Of a stretch of DNA of 64,000 nt, positions 1 to 9,003 are shown piece after piece. Numbering within the stretch: the first letter of the stretch is position 1; each line of letters opens with the position of its first letter. Under the pieces are notes generated by a model, which ran no database searches, had not been told where the DNA came from, and was given only the letters and a program-made list of their open reading frames with translations. The stretch is from a virus (lineage: Duplodnaviria; Caudoviricetes), in the IMG/VR virus record IMGVR_UViG_2721755344_000002, positions 50,308 to 114,307 of that record, one strand, 5' to 3'. Both the position numbers and the translations under genes were made by a program.

Positions 1-1487
1 TGGGTCGTTTTAGAACGCTCTGACGATAATTCGTGATATCCCAAATCAAGGGATACTCCTATTCTTCCTAACTTTCTAGCAGTTTTCATTGTAGTTCCGC
101 TTCCCCCAAATGGATCAAGCACCAATCCTGGCTTCCAGGGGATATTTATGTCAAAATCTGAACAACCACACTTTTCGCAAATTATTTTACCAGAAACCAT
201 TCCAGACAATGGGGGCAACGTATCTTCCCCTGATGAAATTTTTTTATCCGAATTAGAAAGATATATAATATTCCCGCAACGAATACAAGTCAGTTCTCTA
301 CATCCGCAATCCGATAATCCTTTATCAACCCGTTTAGTTTCTCTAGATGCCCACACTCTTTCTTTTTCATCCAAAGTCATATCTTCTGAAATTTCGAGCC
401 AGTCGCTTTTGTCATATTCTATCACTCGAGCTCGAGGTTGTCCGCAAGCTTTACAAATGAACTCTGGGCAACCAGCTTTAATTATTTCTTCGCACAACTT
501 CTCTGGAAAGCAAGCGTAATGGGCTTCTCTATATGGTTTAGTTGGAATCTTCCATATACATCTTTTAATTCTGCCTTCTGGATTAGGACGCATATTTCTA
601 GCCCTATACCAACTTTGGCCGGTCCCCTCATCCCAAGTACTTACTCCTTTCGGTATGAGAGTTTCTCCACCCCACCTATCCATAGACTTTTCGTATTTCT
701 CTAGAGGCTGGTCAAACCAATAATTTTTTGATTTTACGAGGAAAAAGATGTATTCAAAATCAACAGAAAATCTATCTCGAGCACTATTTGGAATACCGTT
801 AGGCTTCTGCCAAATAATTGTATTCCTTAATCTCCACCCCTTGTCTATCATTTTAGTAACTAATCTAAACGGAATACCGCATAAAGACTTATCTTGAATT
901 TGAGTCTTTGGTTGATCAAGTCTAAATTTTTCTGACTTCCCAAACTTATTACTTCTAAACGATGAGTTGCAAACTCCTTCTTTTAAACTTCCGGAAACGG
1001 TAGAATAAGTATCTCCAATATTTAAAAAGAATATACCATCGTCCCGCATTACTCTCCATACTTCATCAAATATCTGAATTAAATGCTCAATATATAAATC
1101 AAACGTAGGCTCAAGTCCTAACTGCCCTTTCCATGCACCACACTTCTTACAGAAAAAGCCTGAATCCCATATTGTGTCTCCCGCACTTCCAATATCTTTA
1201 GTAACACCCAATACTGTCATACTACTCGAGCTCACACCATGAGAAGGCTTCTTACCTAAAAATTTTATCTGCTCTCCCCAATCATGCTCGCAATTCGGGT
1301 CGTCATCCCAAATCTGGTCGGGAATATCATATTTTCGGAGGAACCAATAAGGAGGGGACGTAAAGACGCAACTTATTGTTTTGTCTTTTAGAGGAATAAA
1401 CCTCGAGTTGCCTTTTATATTAAAAGTCCTTACCGACTCTTTTAGAGATTTCTTACACTTTTCAAGTCCTAGCAGATCACTAACCAT
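1..1487 (-). CDS. DNA amino-methyltransferase (N4-C/N6-A, beta class), 3' end outside window
   Basis: Not in the ORF track because there is no stop in the window. Manual translation from ATG 1487 gives FTSPPYW (motif IV), FCKKCGAWKGQLGLEPT and in-frame LDPFGGSGTT (motif I) near 90-120. Confidence 0.9.
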   Translation of the reverse strand, partial: MVSDLLGLEKCKKSLKESVRTFNIKGNSRFIPLKDKTISCVFTSPPYWFLRKYDIPDQIWDDDPNCEHDWGEQIKFLGKKPSHGVSSSSMTVLGVTKDIGSAGDTIWDSGFFCKKCGAWKGQLGLEPTFDLYIEHLIQIFDEVWRVMRDDGIFFLNIGDTYSTVSGSLKEGVCNSSFRSNKFGKSEKFRLDQPKTQIQDKSLCGIPFRLVTKMIDKGWRLRNTIIWQKPNGIPNSARDRFSVDFEYIFFLVKSKNYWFDQPLEKYEKSMDRWGGETLIPKGVSTWDEGTGQSWYRARNMRPNPEGRIKRCIWKIPTKPYREAHYACFPEKLCEEIIKAGCPEFICKACGQPRARVIEYDKSDWLEISEDMTLDEKERVWASRETKRVDKGLSDCGCRELTCIRCGNIIYLSNSDKKISSGEDTLPPLSGMVSGKIICEKCGCSDFDINIPWKPGLVLDPFGGSGTTMKTARKLGRIGVSLDLGYHELSSERSKTT

Positions 1488-1629
1488 CTCGTTTAGCTCG
1501 TTGATACTTTCCACGCCTACCAGTATCAATTATTACTCCAGTCTTTTCATATACTTTGTATTCCCTTTCCCTACTCAAATCCTTTCCGTAAATTTCTTTT
1601 CTCAGTTTCTTTGCTTTTTTAGCATTCAT
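1480..1629 (-). CDS. small basic hypothetical protein (49 aa)
   Basis: GGAGG RBS, MNAKKAKKLRKEIYGK..., stop overlaps MTase start. Confidence 0.55.
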   Translation of the reverse strand: MNAKKAKKLRKEIYGKDLSREREYKVYEKTGVIIDTGRRGKYQRAKRDG

Positions 1630-1766
1630 TATTCCTCCACTCGCAATCCTACTGGGTGACCTGCTGCAGCTAAAACAGAATTATTATTTAAATTTTAATA
1701 ACTTAAATTAAACCAAGTGCCAAAATGTAAATTTTTAAACCTATTCCATAATAATTAAGAATAGTT

Positions 1767-1837
1767 AGCCCGTAGGAGGAATCGAACCCCCTTCTGATGG
1801 GTACAAACCATCAGCTCTGCCATTGAGCTACACGGGC
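1767..1837 (-). tRNA. tRNA-Thr(TGT), CCA not encoded
   Basis: GCCCGTG acceptor, GCTC/GAGC D-arm, GATGG-TTTGTAC-CCATC anticodon arm, GGGGG-TTCGATT-CCTCC T-arm. Confidence 0.9.
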
Positions 1838-2062
1838 AACTCTTCTACAAATTTTAACTTTCATAGTGCTCGTATTGAATCATAAAGCCTCCTTAAGTTA
1901 TTTTGTCCATATTATTTTTTAAAAATTCTTGGTTTTCATTTTCCTTAACCCAAAAAATCTTATTTAATATTTCGCTAATTTGTTCATCTGATATCTCAAT
2001 TTCTCTTTCTCTCCAACCAAATTGTTCATGTTCTTTAAACCTAATCCTCATAAAGCCTCCTT

Positions 2063-2269
2063 TTACGAGGGTGCCATCTTATCAACTTTTACCTTGTTAA
2101 ACATCTTCATTGCGTCCACCCATCCATCGAAAATCAAGAAATATCCGCAAATTGAGCACAGCGACCCCTGCAGCATATAGAAATCTGTAGAATATTCCTT
2201 GTACACCATAGACTTACCGCAACGTGGGCAAATAAAAGTATCCTTAGCTTTATTCAACGTTATCTCCAA
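2063..2269 (-). CDS. zinc-ribbon hypothetical protein
   Basis: CPRC...CSIC. Confidence 0.6.
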   Translation of the reverse strand: MEITLNKAKDTFICPRCGKSMVYKEYSTDFYMLQGSLCSICGYFLIFDGWVDAMKMFNKVKVDKMAPS

Positions 2270-2558
2270 AAGTAGAACTCTTGACTTCCCGTATTTGAAT
2301 CATTCTTTTCTTACCTTCTCCTCCTGGCACAGACCCTTTTTCAGCAAACTCCGACAAGTCAATACAAACTTCCAACAACTTCTTAATTACCTGAATATTC
2401 TGTTCTGCATTTTTTAGACTAATCTTATGATTAGTCGTATTAAGTTTAAACTCAAGTACTAACAATTCTCCATTTAAAACAGTAGCCGATATATTAGTCA
2501 TCGGGCCTGCATTAGACCAACTAAGATATTCATACACTTTTTTTTCTACTTTTACCAT
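2250..2558 (-). CDS. hypothetical protein with KKRMIQI tail motif
   Basis: ORF with AGGAG RBS. Confidence 0.65.
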   Translation of the reverse strand: MVKVEKKVYEYLSWSNAGPMTNISATVLNGELLVLEFKLNTTNHKISLKNAEQNIQVIKKLLEVCIDLSEFAEKGSVPGGEGKKRMIQIREVKSSTFGDNVE

Positions 2559-2581
2559 AAAAATCTCCTATCATTTAGAGT

Positions 2582-2644
2582 GGGGGAGGCAGTCAGGAGG
2601 AATTTAGCGACTAGCCCCCCTCCCCCTTTTAGAACTTAGTCGCT
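2582..2644 (-). ncRNA. candidate structured leader RNA (pseudoknot or switch)
   Basis: Two overlapping 8-bp helices AGCGACTA/TAGTCGCT and GGGGGAGG/CCTCCCCC in an intergenic GC-rich patch. Confidence 0.4.
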
Positions 2645-2657
2645 TGAGGGCTTTTTA

Positions 2658-2682
2658 ATAAAATAACACTATCTTTAAAATT
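2658..2682 (-). promoter_or_regulatory. class II promoter-like motif (TTT-N7-GTGTTA)
   Basis: AATTTTAAAGATAGTGTTATT, one of six similar intergenic motifs. Confidence 0.45.
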
Positions 2683-2968
2683 GTTCGCTATTTATCCTAA
2701 TCATTCTCTTACTCTTACGGTTATTTGCTTTTATATTAGAATTAAAAGGAGATATAAAATTAAGTACATTCTTCCAACACTTTTTGTGAACATAATAGTA
2801 AATAAGCCCCTCTGAAATATCTTCTGAAATATCTAATCTGTACTCTGGCTCGAACGATGGCGATCCACGATAATACAACTGCTTCTGGCAGACAAAACAA
2901 GTACCAGGTCTCATTGACATCACCTCCAGACTTAAAAATCTTTGCCATCTGTGCAATTTAGAATCCAT
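2675..2968 (-). CDS. hypothetical protein with KRMIRI tail motif
   Basis: CFVC...HKKC, ends KSKRMIRINSEQF; true start may be downstream. Confidence 0.65.
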   Translation of the reverse strand: MDSKLHRWQRFLSLEVMSMRPGTCFVCQKQLYYRGSPSFEPEYRLDISEDISEGLIYYYVHKKCWKNVLNFISPFNSNIKANNRKSKRMIRINSEQF

Positions 2969-3099
2969 ACCAATCTATCCCAGGAAGTCCGTCCACTATT
3001 GCCTTTAACAATTTTTCATCTTCAGTAGGTTCTGGAGGAGGTTGTAAATCCTTTGTCAATAGCGGTTCTGAATTAAATTCAAAGCAAAATGGTTTTGGA

Positions 3100-3297
3100 T
3101 CATTCCTTCTTTTTTTCAGCCATCTCTTTCTCCGCATCTAATTCCTCCACCCTATCTACGTGAAAATATTTAATAAGATCATCCAAAAATTTATTTTTCC
3201 ATTTCCAACAAATAGGAGCAGTTTTTGTAATCATCCCGTCGTCATCTACTTTCACACAAAATGTAGATTTAGGACTTGATAACCAATATGTTTTCAT
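3100..3297 (-). CDS. hypothetical phage protein
   Basis: ATGA-coupled to upstream gene. Confidence 0.65.
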   Translation of the reverse strand: MKTYWLSSPKSTFCVKVDDDGMITKTAPICWKWKNKFLDDLIKYFHVDRVEELDAEKEMAEKKKE

Positions 3298-3554
3298 TCA
3301 TCCCCATCCCTTAACCTTAGCATCCTCCATTTTGAAGTTCTTTCAACCTTGTTAGTATTTCTAACATCCAATTCAATAGGATCATTTTTTCCTATTATTT
3401 CTATCAAACCCTGAATGTTTCCTTCCGTAAATACAATTTCGGCAGTAGCAAAACTTCTGCATGCAAGAAATTCCTTATTCCGTTCTCCAAAAGAAGAAAC
3501 ATCAAGTGATTCTCTATCAATATTTACAGATTTTATATAACCTTTAACTTTCAT
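3294..3554 (-). CDS. hypothetical protein with RMLRL tail motif
   Basis: ends KWRMLRLRDGDE. Confidence 0.65.
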   Translation of the reverse strand: MKVKGYIKSVNIDRESLDVSSFGERNKEFLACRSFATAEIVFTEGNIQGLIEIIGKNDPIELDVRNTNKVERTSKWRMLRLRDGDE

Positions 3555-3724
3555 TTTAAATCACCCAATTCTTTCTCCATCTGCACCGCACCAATCGCAT
3601 TTTTTAGAAACTTTGTCGACTGCTTCCCATTCATGGTGGCACTTCGTACAATGGAATATATAAACTTTCCATTCTTTACAAAACTTCAATGCTAATTGCC
3701 TAAATCTATTATCTTTAATTTTGT

Positions 3725-3844
3725 TCATCTTAAACGAATCATCCTCTTTGGTTTAGGAACATCTCCATTTTTAATATGAAATCGCTTATGAGCCATCTTA
3801 TAACATTTCGGTACTTTCTTCCCGCACAATTCACATTTTTTCAT
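3725..3844 (-). CDS. 39-aa zinc-finger microprotein with KRMIRL tail
   Basis: Manual translation MKKCELCGKKVPKCYKMAHKRFHIKNGDVPKPKRMIRLR*. Confidence 0.6.
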   Translation of the reverse strand: MKKCELCGKKVPKCYKMAHKRFHIKNGDVPKPKRMIRLR

Positions 3845-4001
3845 TTGCTCTATCCTCTCTAAGTCTTATCATGCGATACTTTTTAGGTCTAAAAATTAAT
3901 CCTAAATTTTCGCCAAATTTTCTTACTACGGAACTATCCTCCTTTTCGAGAGTTGAAAAATTATGCCATTTCCCATCCTGTCCTAGATATTCTATTTTCA
4001 T
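3831..4001 (-). CDS. 56-aa hypothetical protein with RMIRL tail
   Basis: Manual translation MKIEYLGQDGKWH...RPKKYRMIRLREDRANEKM*. Confidence 0.55.
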   Translation of the reverse strand: MKIEYLGQDGKWHNFSTLEKEDSSVVRKFGENLGLIFRPKKYRMIRLREDRANEKM

Positions 4002-4091
4002 TACGCAATCTCGTACTTCTGTTACCTTGGCCTGTTATTGAAAATCAAAATATTTTTTACTTTACAAATTTTGCGCAAACCTATATCCACT

Positions 4092-4379
4092 TTACATTAC
4101 GTCTTTCGCATTCCTATTCGATTCAATCGAATCTGTTATACAAGCTATTTCCAAATCTTTGGAACCAACTACACAGTCAAATCCGCACTCGCAACTTATA
4201 GTCAGTCCGCTGGCTTCAATACACCACCTGCTTTTCTCCAAGTCTATTTCCCAAATCTTTTTGCATTTTGGGCACTCTAAAGTCCAACGGTAGATTGTTC
4301 TCCCAGACTTACTTCTAAATATTTTAAATTTCTTCTCTTTCATTATTTTTTGGGAAAAGTAACTTTTTGATTGCTTCAA
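4092..4379 (-). CDS. zinc-ribbon hypothetical protein
   Basis: CPKC...CECG. Confidence 0.55.
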   Translation of the reverse strand: MKQSKSYFSQKIMKEKKFKIFRSKSGRTIYRWTLECPKCKKIWEIDLEKSRWCIEASGLTISCECGFDCVVGSKDLEIACITDSIESNRNAKDVM

Positions 4380-4713
4380 AACGTTCCTTTCCAGTAAGAA
4401 CTCTAATTTCCTTGGCGAGTGGTACTAACAACGGCTTACCTTCCTTATTTTTTGAAAAAAGCTGATCAACTGCTTCTTTGGCTTCTCTTAAATGTGTTCC
4501 GAACAACGGCTCTGGATCATCCAAACAACGGCGTACCTCGATAGATTTTATTATTTTTTCTAATAACTCTTCAAGTTGCGGAATTTCATCTATTGAAATA
4601 TTGAATTTCTTGGTAGTAAACGCATCAATAAACTTACCGTTCTCGTTCAGTTTATCTCTACCGTTAACAAATATCGTTACTTCATCGCCAGAAATATCGT
4701 ATTCAAATCTCAA
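4324..4713 (-). CDS. hypothetical protein
   Basis: coupled ORF in minus-strand operon. Confidence 0.6.
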   Translation of the reverse strand: MRFEYDISGDEVTIFVNGRDKLNENGKFIDAFTTKKFNISIDEIPQLEELLEKIIKSIEVRRCLDDPEPLFGTHLREAKEAVDQLFSKNKEGKPLLVPLAKEIRVLTGKERFEAIKKLLFPKNNEREEI

Positions 4714-5297
4714 TAGTTAAACTCCTTCAAAGGAGTTCCAGACTCTCTTGCCCAAATTAGAGCATCAAGTTCGGCTACTCCCATATCCTGTTCTTTGGCT
4801 TTAATTCTAAACTCCTCTTCCAATCTTAAATAATCTCTTATAGTCATACGGAATTTGTCGTATTTCAAATATCTTAAAATATGAACATCCAGTATAGCCA
4901 GGTCTCGAGCACCCATATTTCTCAAAAAGTGACTAGCTGCCTTCATTCCCAATCCGCCTACTTGCCTTACTAATATCCCTCTTTTAGATTCCCAATCTAT
5001 TTCACTCTTAATTAACTGACATATAGCAGGAAATACATATCGCATATCTTTTAGATATCTTGCTTTCCTTTTCCAAAATCTTAAAGTCTTAATCATCTCC
5101 TCTATTTTTTTAACCGAAAAATTTGCAAAATAAAAATCATTTTCTTTTAATTTATCAACTATTTCAGTAACTTTTTTAAACTTGCATCCTGGAACAAGAA
5201 TACAAAATACCAAATCATAAAATATATCCACATCGGATTTATTCTGAAATCTAAATCTCTCGGACAGTAAATTATTTATTAAATTAGTTTTAGTCAT
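4710..5297 (-). CDS. ogg: 8-oxoguanine DNA glycosylase/AP lyase (archaeal/thermophile OGG2-type, HhH-GPD)
   Basis: LVFCIL, GLGMKAASHFLRNMG (HhH with catalytic Lys), AILDVHILR (catalytic Asp), ELDALIW. Confidence 0.88.
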   Translation of the reverse strand: MTKTNLINNLLSERFRFQNKSDVDIFYDLVFCILVPGCKFKKVTEIVDKLKENDFYFANFSVKKIEEMIKTLRFWKRKARYLKDMRYVFPAICQLIKSEIDWESKRGILVRQVGGLGMKAASHFLRNMGARDLAILDVHILRYLKYDKFRMTIRDYLRLEEEFRIKAKEQDMGVAELDALIWARESGTPLKEFNY

Positions 5298-5523
5298 CGT
5301 TTTCGGTTCTTACAACTTTCAGCCTTTCCTTATTGTGTTTAGTTCCCTGAAAATCAAAGTACTCCATAACTTCCCAAAGTAATTCTTCGTGTTCTTTCAA
5401 ATCATCATTCTCGTCTTCTTCAATCACTATTGAAAAAGGCTCTCCGCCTCTCTCCAAAACATAACCGTTTCTAGCCCTATTAATTTTTAACCACAAATCA
5501 TTCGCCATTATTTCCCCTTTCAT
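5290..5523 (-). CDS. hypothetical phage protein
   Basis: overlapping ORF in operon. Confidence 0.65.
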   Translation of the reverse strand: MKGEIMANDLWLKINRARNGYVLERGGEPFSIVIEEDENDDLKEHEELLWEVMEYFDFQGTKHNKERLKVVRTENDD

Positions 5524-5546
5524 ACGAAAAATTATTTAAAAAGGGT

Positions 5547-5909
5547 TTATAAAGTAGGAAAATACCTACAATTCCAATATTTCTTAGCCTGTTCTTCTGA
5601 AGTGAAACCCATATCAAATCGTGGGGGCATAGTAACACAATCATTCTTACACGATATCTTATACAACTTACTTCCAGGAATAATCCAAATAAATGCCTCG
5701 CTTCCGCAAAACGGACAACCCATTAAATCTTTGCTTTCTCCAAGTTTTGGGTTTTTATCCATAAGGCTCCCTAATTCATTAGTAGTCCTCATTTTGCTTG
5801 TAAATAGGAGAATCCTAGTTAAATAATAGCACACCCAAAATATCATTAGTAGTACTATTACACCACCTATAATGTATCCCTCTATTGTCATTTTGTCCTT
5901 TACCTCCAA
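5547..5909 (-). CDS. Lar (restriction alleviation)-like zinc-finger protein with N-terminal TM segment
   Basis: CPFCGSEA...C..C...AKKYWN pattern. Confidence 0.55.
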   Translation of the reverse strand: MEVKDKMTIEGYIIGGVIVLLMIFWVCYYLTRILLFTSKMRTTNELGSLMDKNPKLGESKDLMGCPFCGSEAFIWIIPGSKLYKISCKNDCVTMPPRFDMGFTSEEQAKKYWNCRYFPTL

Positions 5910-6334
5910 GTTCTGTGTTTTTCAGCTATCCACTCCCTCCCATCATACTCCTCGATCTCCCAATCAACATCATCCGGGATTTCTACTACGGTAAGTTCTG
6001 CATGGGCACCATTTGCTTTCTTCTTTAAAGTCTCAACAGCTTGAATTAAATATGGATCGTCTCTTTTATAACCGTCACCTTCTCCCGCATAGCCATATCC
6101 ATGAAATGTGGGATCATCTTTATACTTTACATCAATCTCTAACCATTTTCTATATTCCTCTGGACAGTCATCAGGCCATTCCCCATTCTTCTTATAATAA
6201 TTAAACCATCTTTTTTTCATCTTCCATTCTTGGACTTCATCCTTAGCCTGTTTACTTCCTAAATCAGCCATCAATTCTGCGCACTTCCTACTAATTGAGA
6301 ATCCACCATAACAACTATTAATAACAATATTCAT
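5900..6334 (-). CDS. conserved hypothetical phage protein
   Basis: INSCYGGFSIS...IEEYDGREWIAEKHRTW pattern common in phages. Confidence 0.75.
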   Translation of the reverse strand: MNIVINSCYGGFSISRKCAELMADLGSKQAKDEVQEWKMKKRWFNYYKKNGEWPDDCPEEYRKWLEIDVKYKDDPTFHGYGYAGEGDGYKRDDPYLIQAVETLKKKANGAHAELTVVEIPDDVDWEIEEYDGREWIAEKHRTWR

Positions 6335-6627
6335 TATACCCTCCGTTTTTTTTCAGTAGAAAAATTACATTCAGAGTTTGAACATTTAAAGGTGCTCCAG
6401 CACTTAATATGCGACTTCTCTGTTATTGAGTCTCCGCATTGCATCGCATTAATTGCTTGCTCTCTTGTTTTGAAACCATTAATCGCATTACGTTCTACCA
6501 ATAGTAAATCATCTCCGCATTGAGGGCACACTCGATTTTCTAAACACCTTTGATAATCTCTTCGGAAAACATCTTTCTTGTGACACCTATCGAGTGCTTT
6601 ATCGCAAATCTTAAATTCTTCGGACAT
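6334..6627 (-). CDS. zinc-ribbon hypothetical protein
   Basis: CPQC...CSNSEC, GGGAG RBS. Confidence 0.65.
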   Translation of the reverse strand: MSEEFKICDKALDRCHKKDVFRRDYQRCLENRVCPQCGDDLLLVERNAINGFKTREQAINAMQCGDSITEKSHIKCWSTFKCSNSECNFSTEKKRRV

Positions 6628-6646
6628 TTTATCTCCCTCTAAAATT

Positions 6647-6743
6647 TGGTGGGGAATTACTGGCTCGCCCAGTAGAGTAGCACCACATGTGCCGTCAGTC
6701 CAGACCTTCCATTACGAACACGGTAGACGCTTGCTCCATCCCC
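6647..6743 (-). ncRNA. tRNA-like ncRNA ending in ACCA
   Basis: 5' GGGGAT pairs with 3' ATTCCCC-A-CCA; 5-bp stem/7-nt loop immediately 5' of the acceptor strand; no canonical D or anticodon arm. Confidence 0.5.
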
Positions 6744-6748
6744 ATTCT

Positions 6749-6937
6749 TTAAACATCCCCATAAGCACCTGATTTTGGATTAATTACTGGGTCAACTTCC
6801 AATATTAAAGTTCCAACATTTCCGCAATGCAAACAATATTGTTTTCGCAAGCCAGCAACGTTCCCAATCAGCAATTCGTATTCTTTTTTACAATTCTTGC
6901 ACTTTACTTTCCACAAGTTTTTTATATTTGCATCCAT
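6749..6937 (-). CDS. zinc-ribbon hypothetical protein
   Basis: CKNC...CLHC. Confidence 0.6.
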   Translation of the reverse strand: MDANIKNLWKVKCKNCKKEYELLIGNVAGLRKQYCLHCGNVGTLILEVDPVINPKSGAYGDV

Positions 6938-7052
6938 TATCCGTCTCCTGTTGAATCCTGGAATCTTGGAATGAAAACCTTATACTTCTTAATAACTCTC
7001 TCGGCTTTCTTAGGTTGTTTCTTTTTACCAGCTTTATTCCGTTTATCTTTTT

Positions 7053-7355
7053 TCATTTTCCTTCTTCCGCTTTGCGCTTTGCTATCTTCTCACGCCATTC
7101 AATTTCAAGTACTTCACTATCCAACTCATATTTAGTTTGCAAAAGACTTAGTTGTCTTAAATAAGGTTCTCCAATCCTTAAACAATCTTTGCAATAGATA
7201 ACAGCATGGTCCCCTTCCCAGCGATGAAGAATTTGACAGCCCCCGCATAAGTCTTTATGGCACATACAGCACTTTCTCAAACTTGATATCTGTTTTCCAC
7301 AATCATCGCAAATATATCTATTCACCATACTTGTTACTTCTTCTTGTTTTATCAT
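7053..7355 (-). CDS. Cys-rich zinc-finger protein
   Basis: four CxxC pairs. Confidence 0.65.
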   Translation of the reverse strand: MIKQEEVTSMVNRYICDDCGKQISSLRKCCMCHKDLCGGCQILHRWEGDHAVIYCKDCLRIGEPYLRQLSLLQTKYELDSEVLEIEWREKIAKRKAEEGK

Positions 7356-7356
7356 C

Positions 7357-7539
7357 TTAACTCTTCTTTCCGTACAAAGCTTTTCTGACCCAAGCGTCTG
7401 TCATCTTTATACCAAACTGAGAACGCCACATAAAAGATATGTCGCTTACTGTCACATTATTAAACTTAGCTTTTGTTAATTGACAAGTAGAAGTCATCCA
7501 ATCTCTTAAATTTGATTTTATTTCATCCCTACTTTTCAT
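7357..7539 (-). CDS. hypothetical protein
   Basis: coupled ORF. Confidence 0.55.
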   Translation of the reverse strand: MKSRDEIKSNLRDWMTSTCQLTKAKFNNVTVSDISFMWRSQFGIKMTDAWVRKALYGKKS

Positions 7540-7943
7540 TAGTTCTTCTTTCTCTCTTCATAAATTCTTTTCTTGCTCTCCAACCCCTGTAAGATATCTA
7601 TGATGTCTTTCTTAATCTCGTCCTTTAAGTCTCGTCCCGTTACCACAGCTTTCTTAATGTTGTTCTCTGTTATGTTTTGAACAACTATCATACCAATAAG
7701 GGTATTCTTACTTGGAGTAATAATAGATAGAACAAGAAATATTACAAACAACCATTTGATATACCTAAATCTCCGGTGAACGTTCATTAAATCTTTGTCA
7801 TTATCTTTGGCACCGAAAAGACCAACTAAGAAAACTATACCAGCGCCAGCACCAAATATAAAAGCCAAAAGACTAACTATAATACCCAAGTTCTCAGAAA
7901 ACCCCAATAGATAAATTAACCAAGGACTAATTATCGGTTCCAT
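7539..7943 (-). CDS. membrane protein
   Basis: IISPWLIY start, two TM helices, TPSKNTLIGM pattern; AGGAGG RBS. Confidence 0.75.
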   Translation of the reverse strand: MEPIISPWLIYLLGFSENLGIIVSLLAFIFGAGAGIVFLVGLFGAKDNDKDLMNVHRRFRYIKWLFVIFLVLSIITPSKNTLIGMIVVQNITENNIKKAVVTGRDLKDEIKKDIIDILQGLESKKRIYEERKKN

Positions 7944-8004
7944 ATATTCCTCCTATATTCTTTCTTTCCAATCATACACCTTCGCCCAACGACGAATAAC
8001 ATCT

Positions 8005-8241
8005 TTACTGGCTCCCGCCTCCTTGGGCAACAAAGAAACTGGGACCCCTTCTAACTTCACACAAATGAACTACTTGTTGAGCAATCTCATCAATCTCAAG
8101 AACAAAAAATTTCCTCCAGCAGCAGCCACATCCATCAGTCTCGTTTTTTGGAACAGCCGGAAAAGTTTTATTAATTGAGATTACATCAGTATCTTGATGC
8201 CCCTGTAAACTATAATGCTTCATCAGTAAATAAACTTTCAC
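8005..8241 (-). CDS. hypothetical protein
   Basis: GAGGAG RBS, GTG start. Confidence 0.55.
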   Translation of the reverse strand: MKVYLLMKHYSLQGHQDTDVISINKTFPAVPKNETDGCGCCWRKFFVLEIDEIAQQVVHLCEVRRGPSFFVAQGGGSQ

Positions 8242-8563
8242 CTGCTAACTCCTCCCAAAAAAAATCGACTATCTCTCCTATCCTACTATGACAATGACAA
8301 CCACATCCTTCTGATTCATCTGCAGTTAAACAACAAGCACAATCAAAACTTAGACTGTCTTCTCCCATTTGTCCATCGTAGCAAAATATCCATCTATGAG
8401 TAGATCGTGGAGAAGACTTATTCTTCTTATCAAACTCATCCCCTAGCCACTCATTAAACTTCTTCCTTAACTCCACTTTCCTATTATAAACAGACTTCGG
8501 AATAATAACTTTATCCATATACTCCTCGCTTCTTAAACAGCTTAAAACATTTAAAATCTTCAC
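8210..8563 (-). CDS. Cys/His-rich hypothetical protein
   Basis: CACC...GCGCHCH; likely start at MDKV. Confidence 0.6.
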   Translation of the reverse strand: MKILNVLSCLRSEEYMDKVIIPKSVYNRKVELRKKFNEWLGDEFDKKNKSSPRSTHRWIFCYDGQMGEDSLSFDCACCLTADESEGCGCHCHSRIGEIVDFFWEELAGESLFTDEAL

Positions 8564-8717
8564 ACCAGTTGCCCGGATCTTTTTTTACTTTAAACAACTT
8601 ACAAAATCCGTTATCAAGATATTCTCCATCAAAACCCGGATTAAAATTATAATGTCCACAAAAATCGCAGCAAGCATTACAAAACTCGCTACACTTTTCC
8701 ACTTTAGTTCTCCTCAT
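8511..8717 (-). CDS. Cys-rich hypothetical protein
   Basis: CSEFCNACCDFC. Confidence 0.6.
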   Translation of the reverse strand: MRRTKVEKCSEFCNACCDFCGHYNFNPGFDGEYLDNGFCKLFKVKKDPGNWCEDFKCFKLFKKRGVYG

Positions 8718-8729
8718 GTTTTGTTACAA

Positions 8730-8945
8730 CTACTTTTTCCATTCAATTATTCCATAAATAGCCAAGCAGAAATAGATAGTAAACAGTACCCCCTGCCAGA
8801 ACGCTCCTATCCAATAATCGTATACCGCCCAGCTGCCGTTTGTAAAAAACCAAACAAAGAAACAACTTCTCTTCTTCTTAATATTCAACACCACACCAAC
8901 CAAACTAAAAATCGTAAGTATGAAGGTAAAGGTACTTAATCCCAA
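8730..8945 (-). CDS. short PnuC-like membrane protein
   Basis: 3 TM helices, W..TN..W...LF..YF.LAIYG...W pattern of phage PnuC-like proteins. Confidence 0.6.
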   Translation of the reverse strand: MGLSTFTFILTIFSLVGVVLNIKKKRSCFFVWFFTNGSWAVYDYWIGAFWQGVLFTIYFCLAIYGIIEWKK

Positions 8946-9003
8946 TTATTTCACCTCCGATTTAACGTAACTGCTCAAGACACTTGGCGACCATTTTCGC
9001 TTA

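Noticed and set aside
1881-2061. Direct repeat cataaagcctcctt at ~1881 and ~2048
   Set aside because: It is simply a reused RBS plus start (AAGGAGGCTTTATG).
6647-6743. tmRNA or tRNA-Sec assignment
   Set aside because: Too short for tmRNA, with no G3-U70 or tag ORF; no TCA anticodon loop or canonical T-loop for tRNA-Sec.
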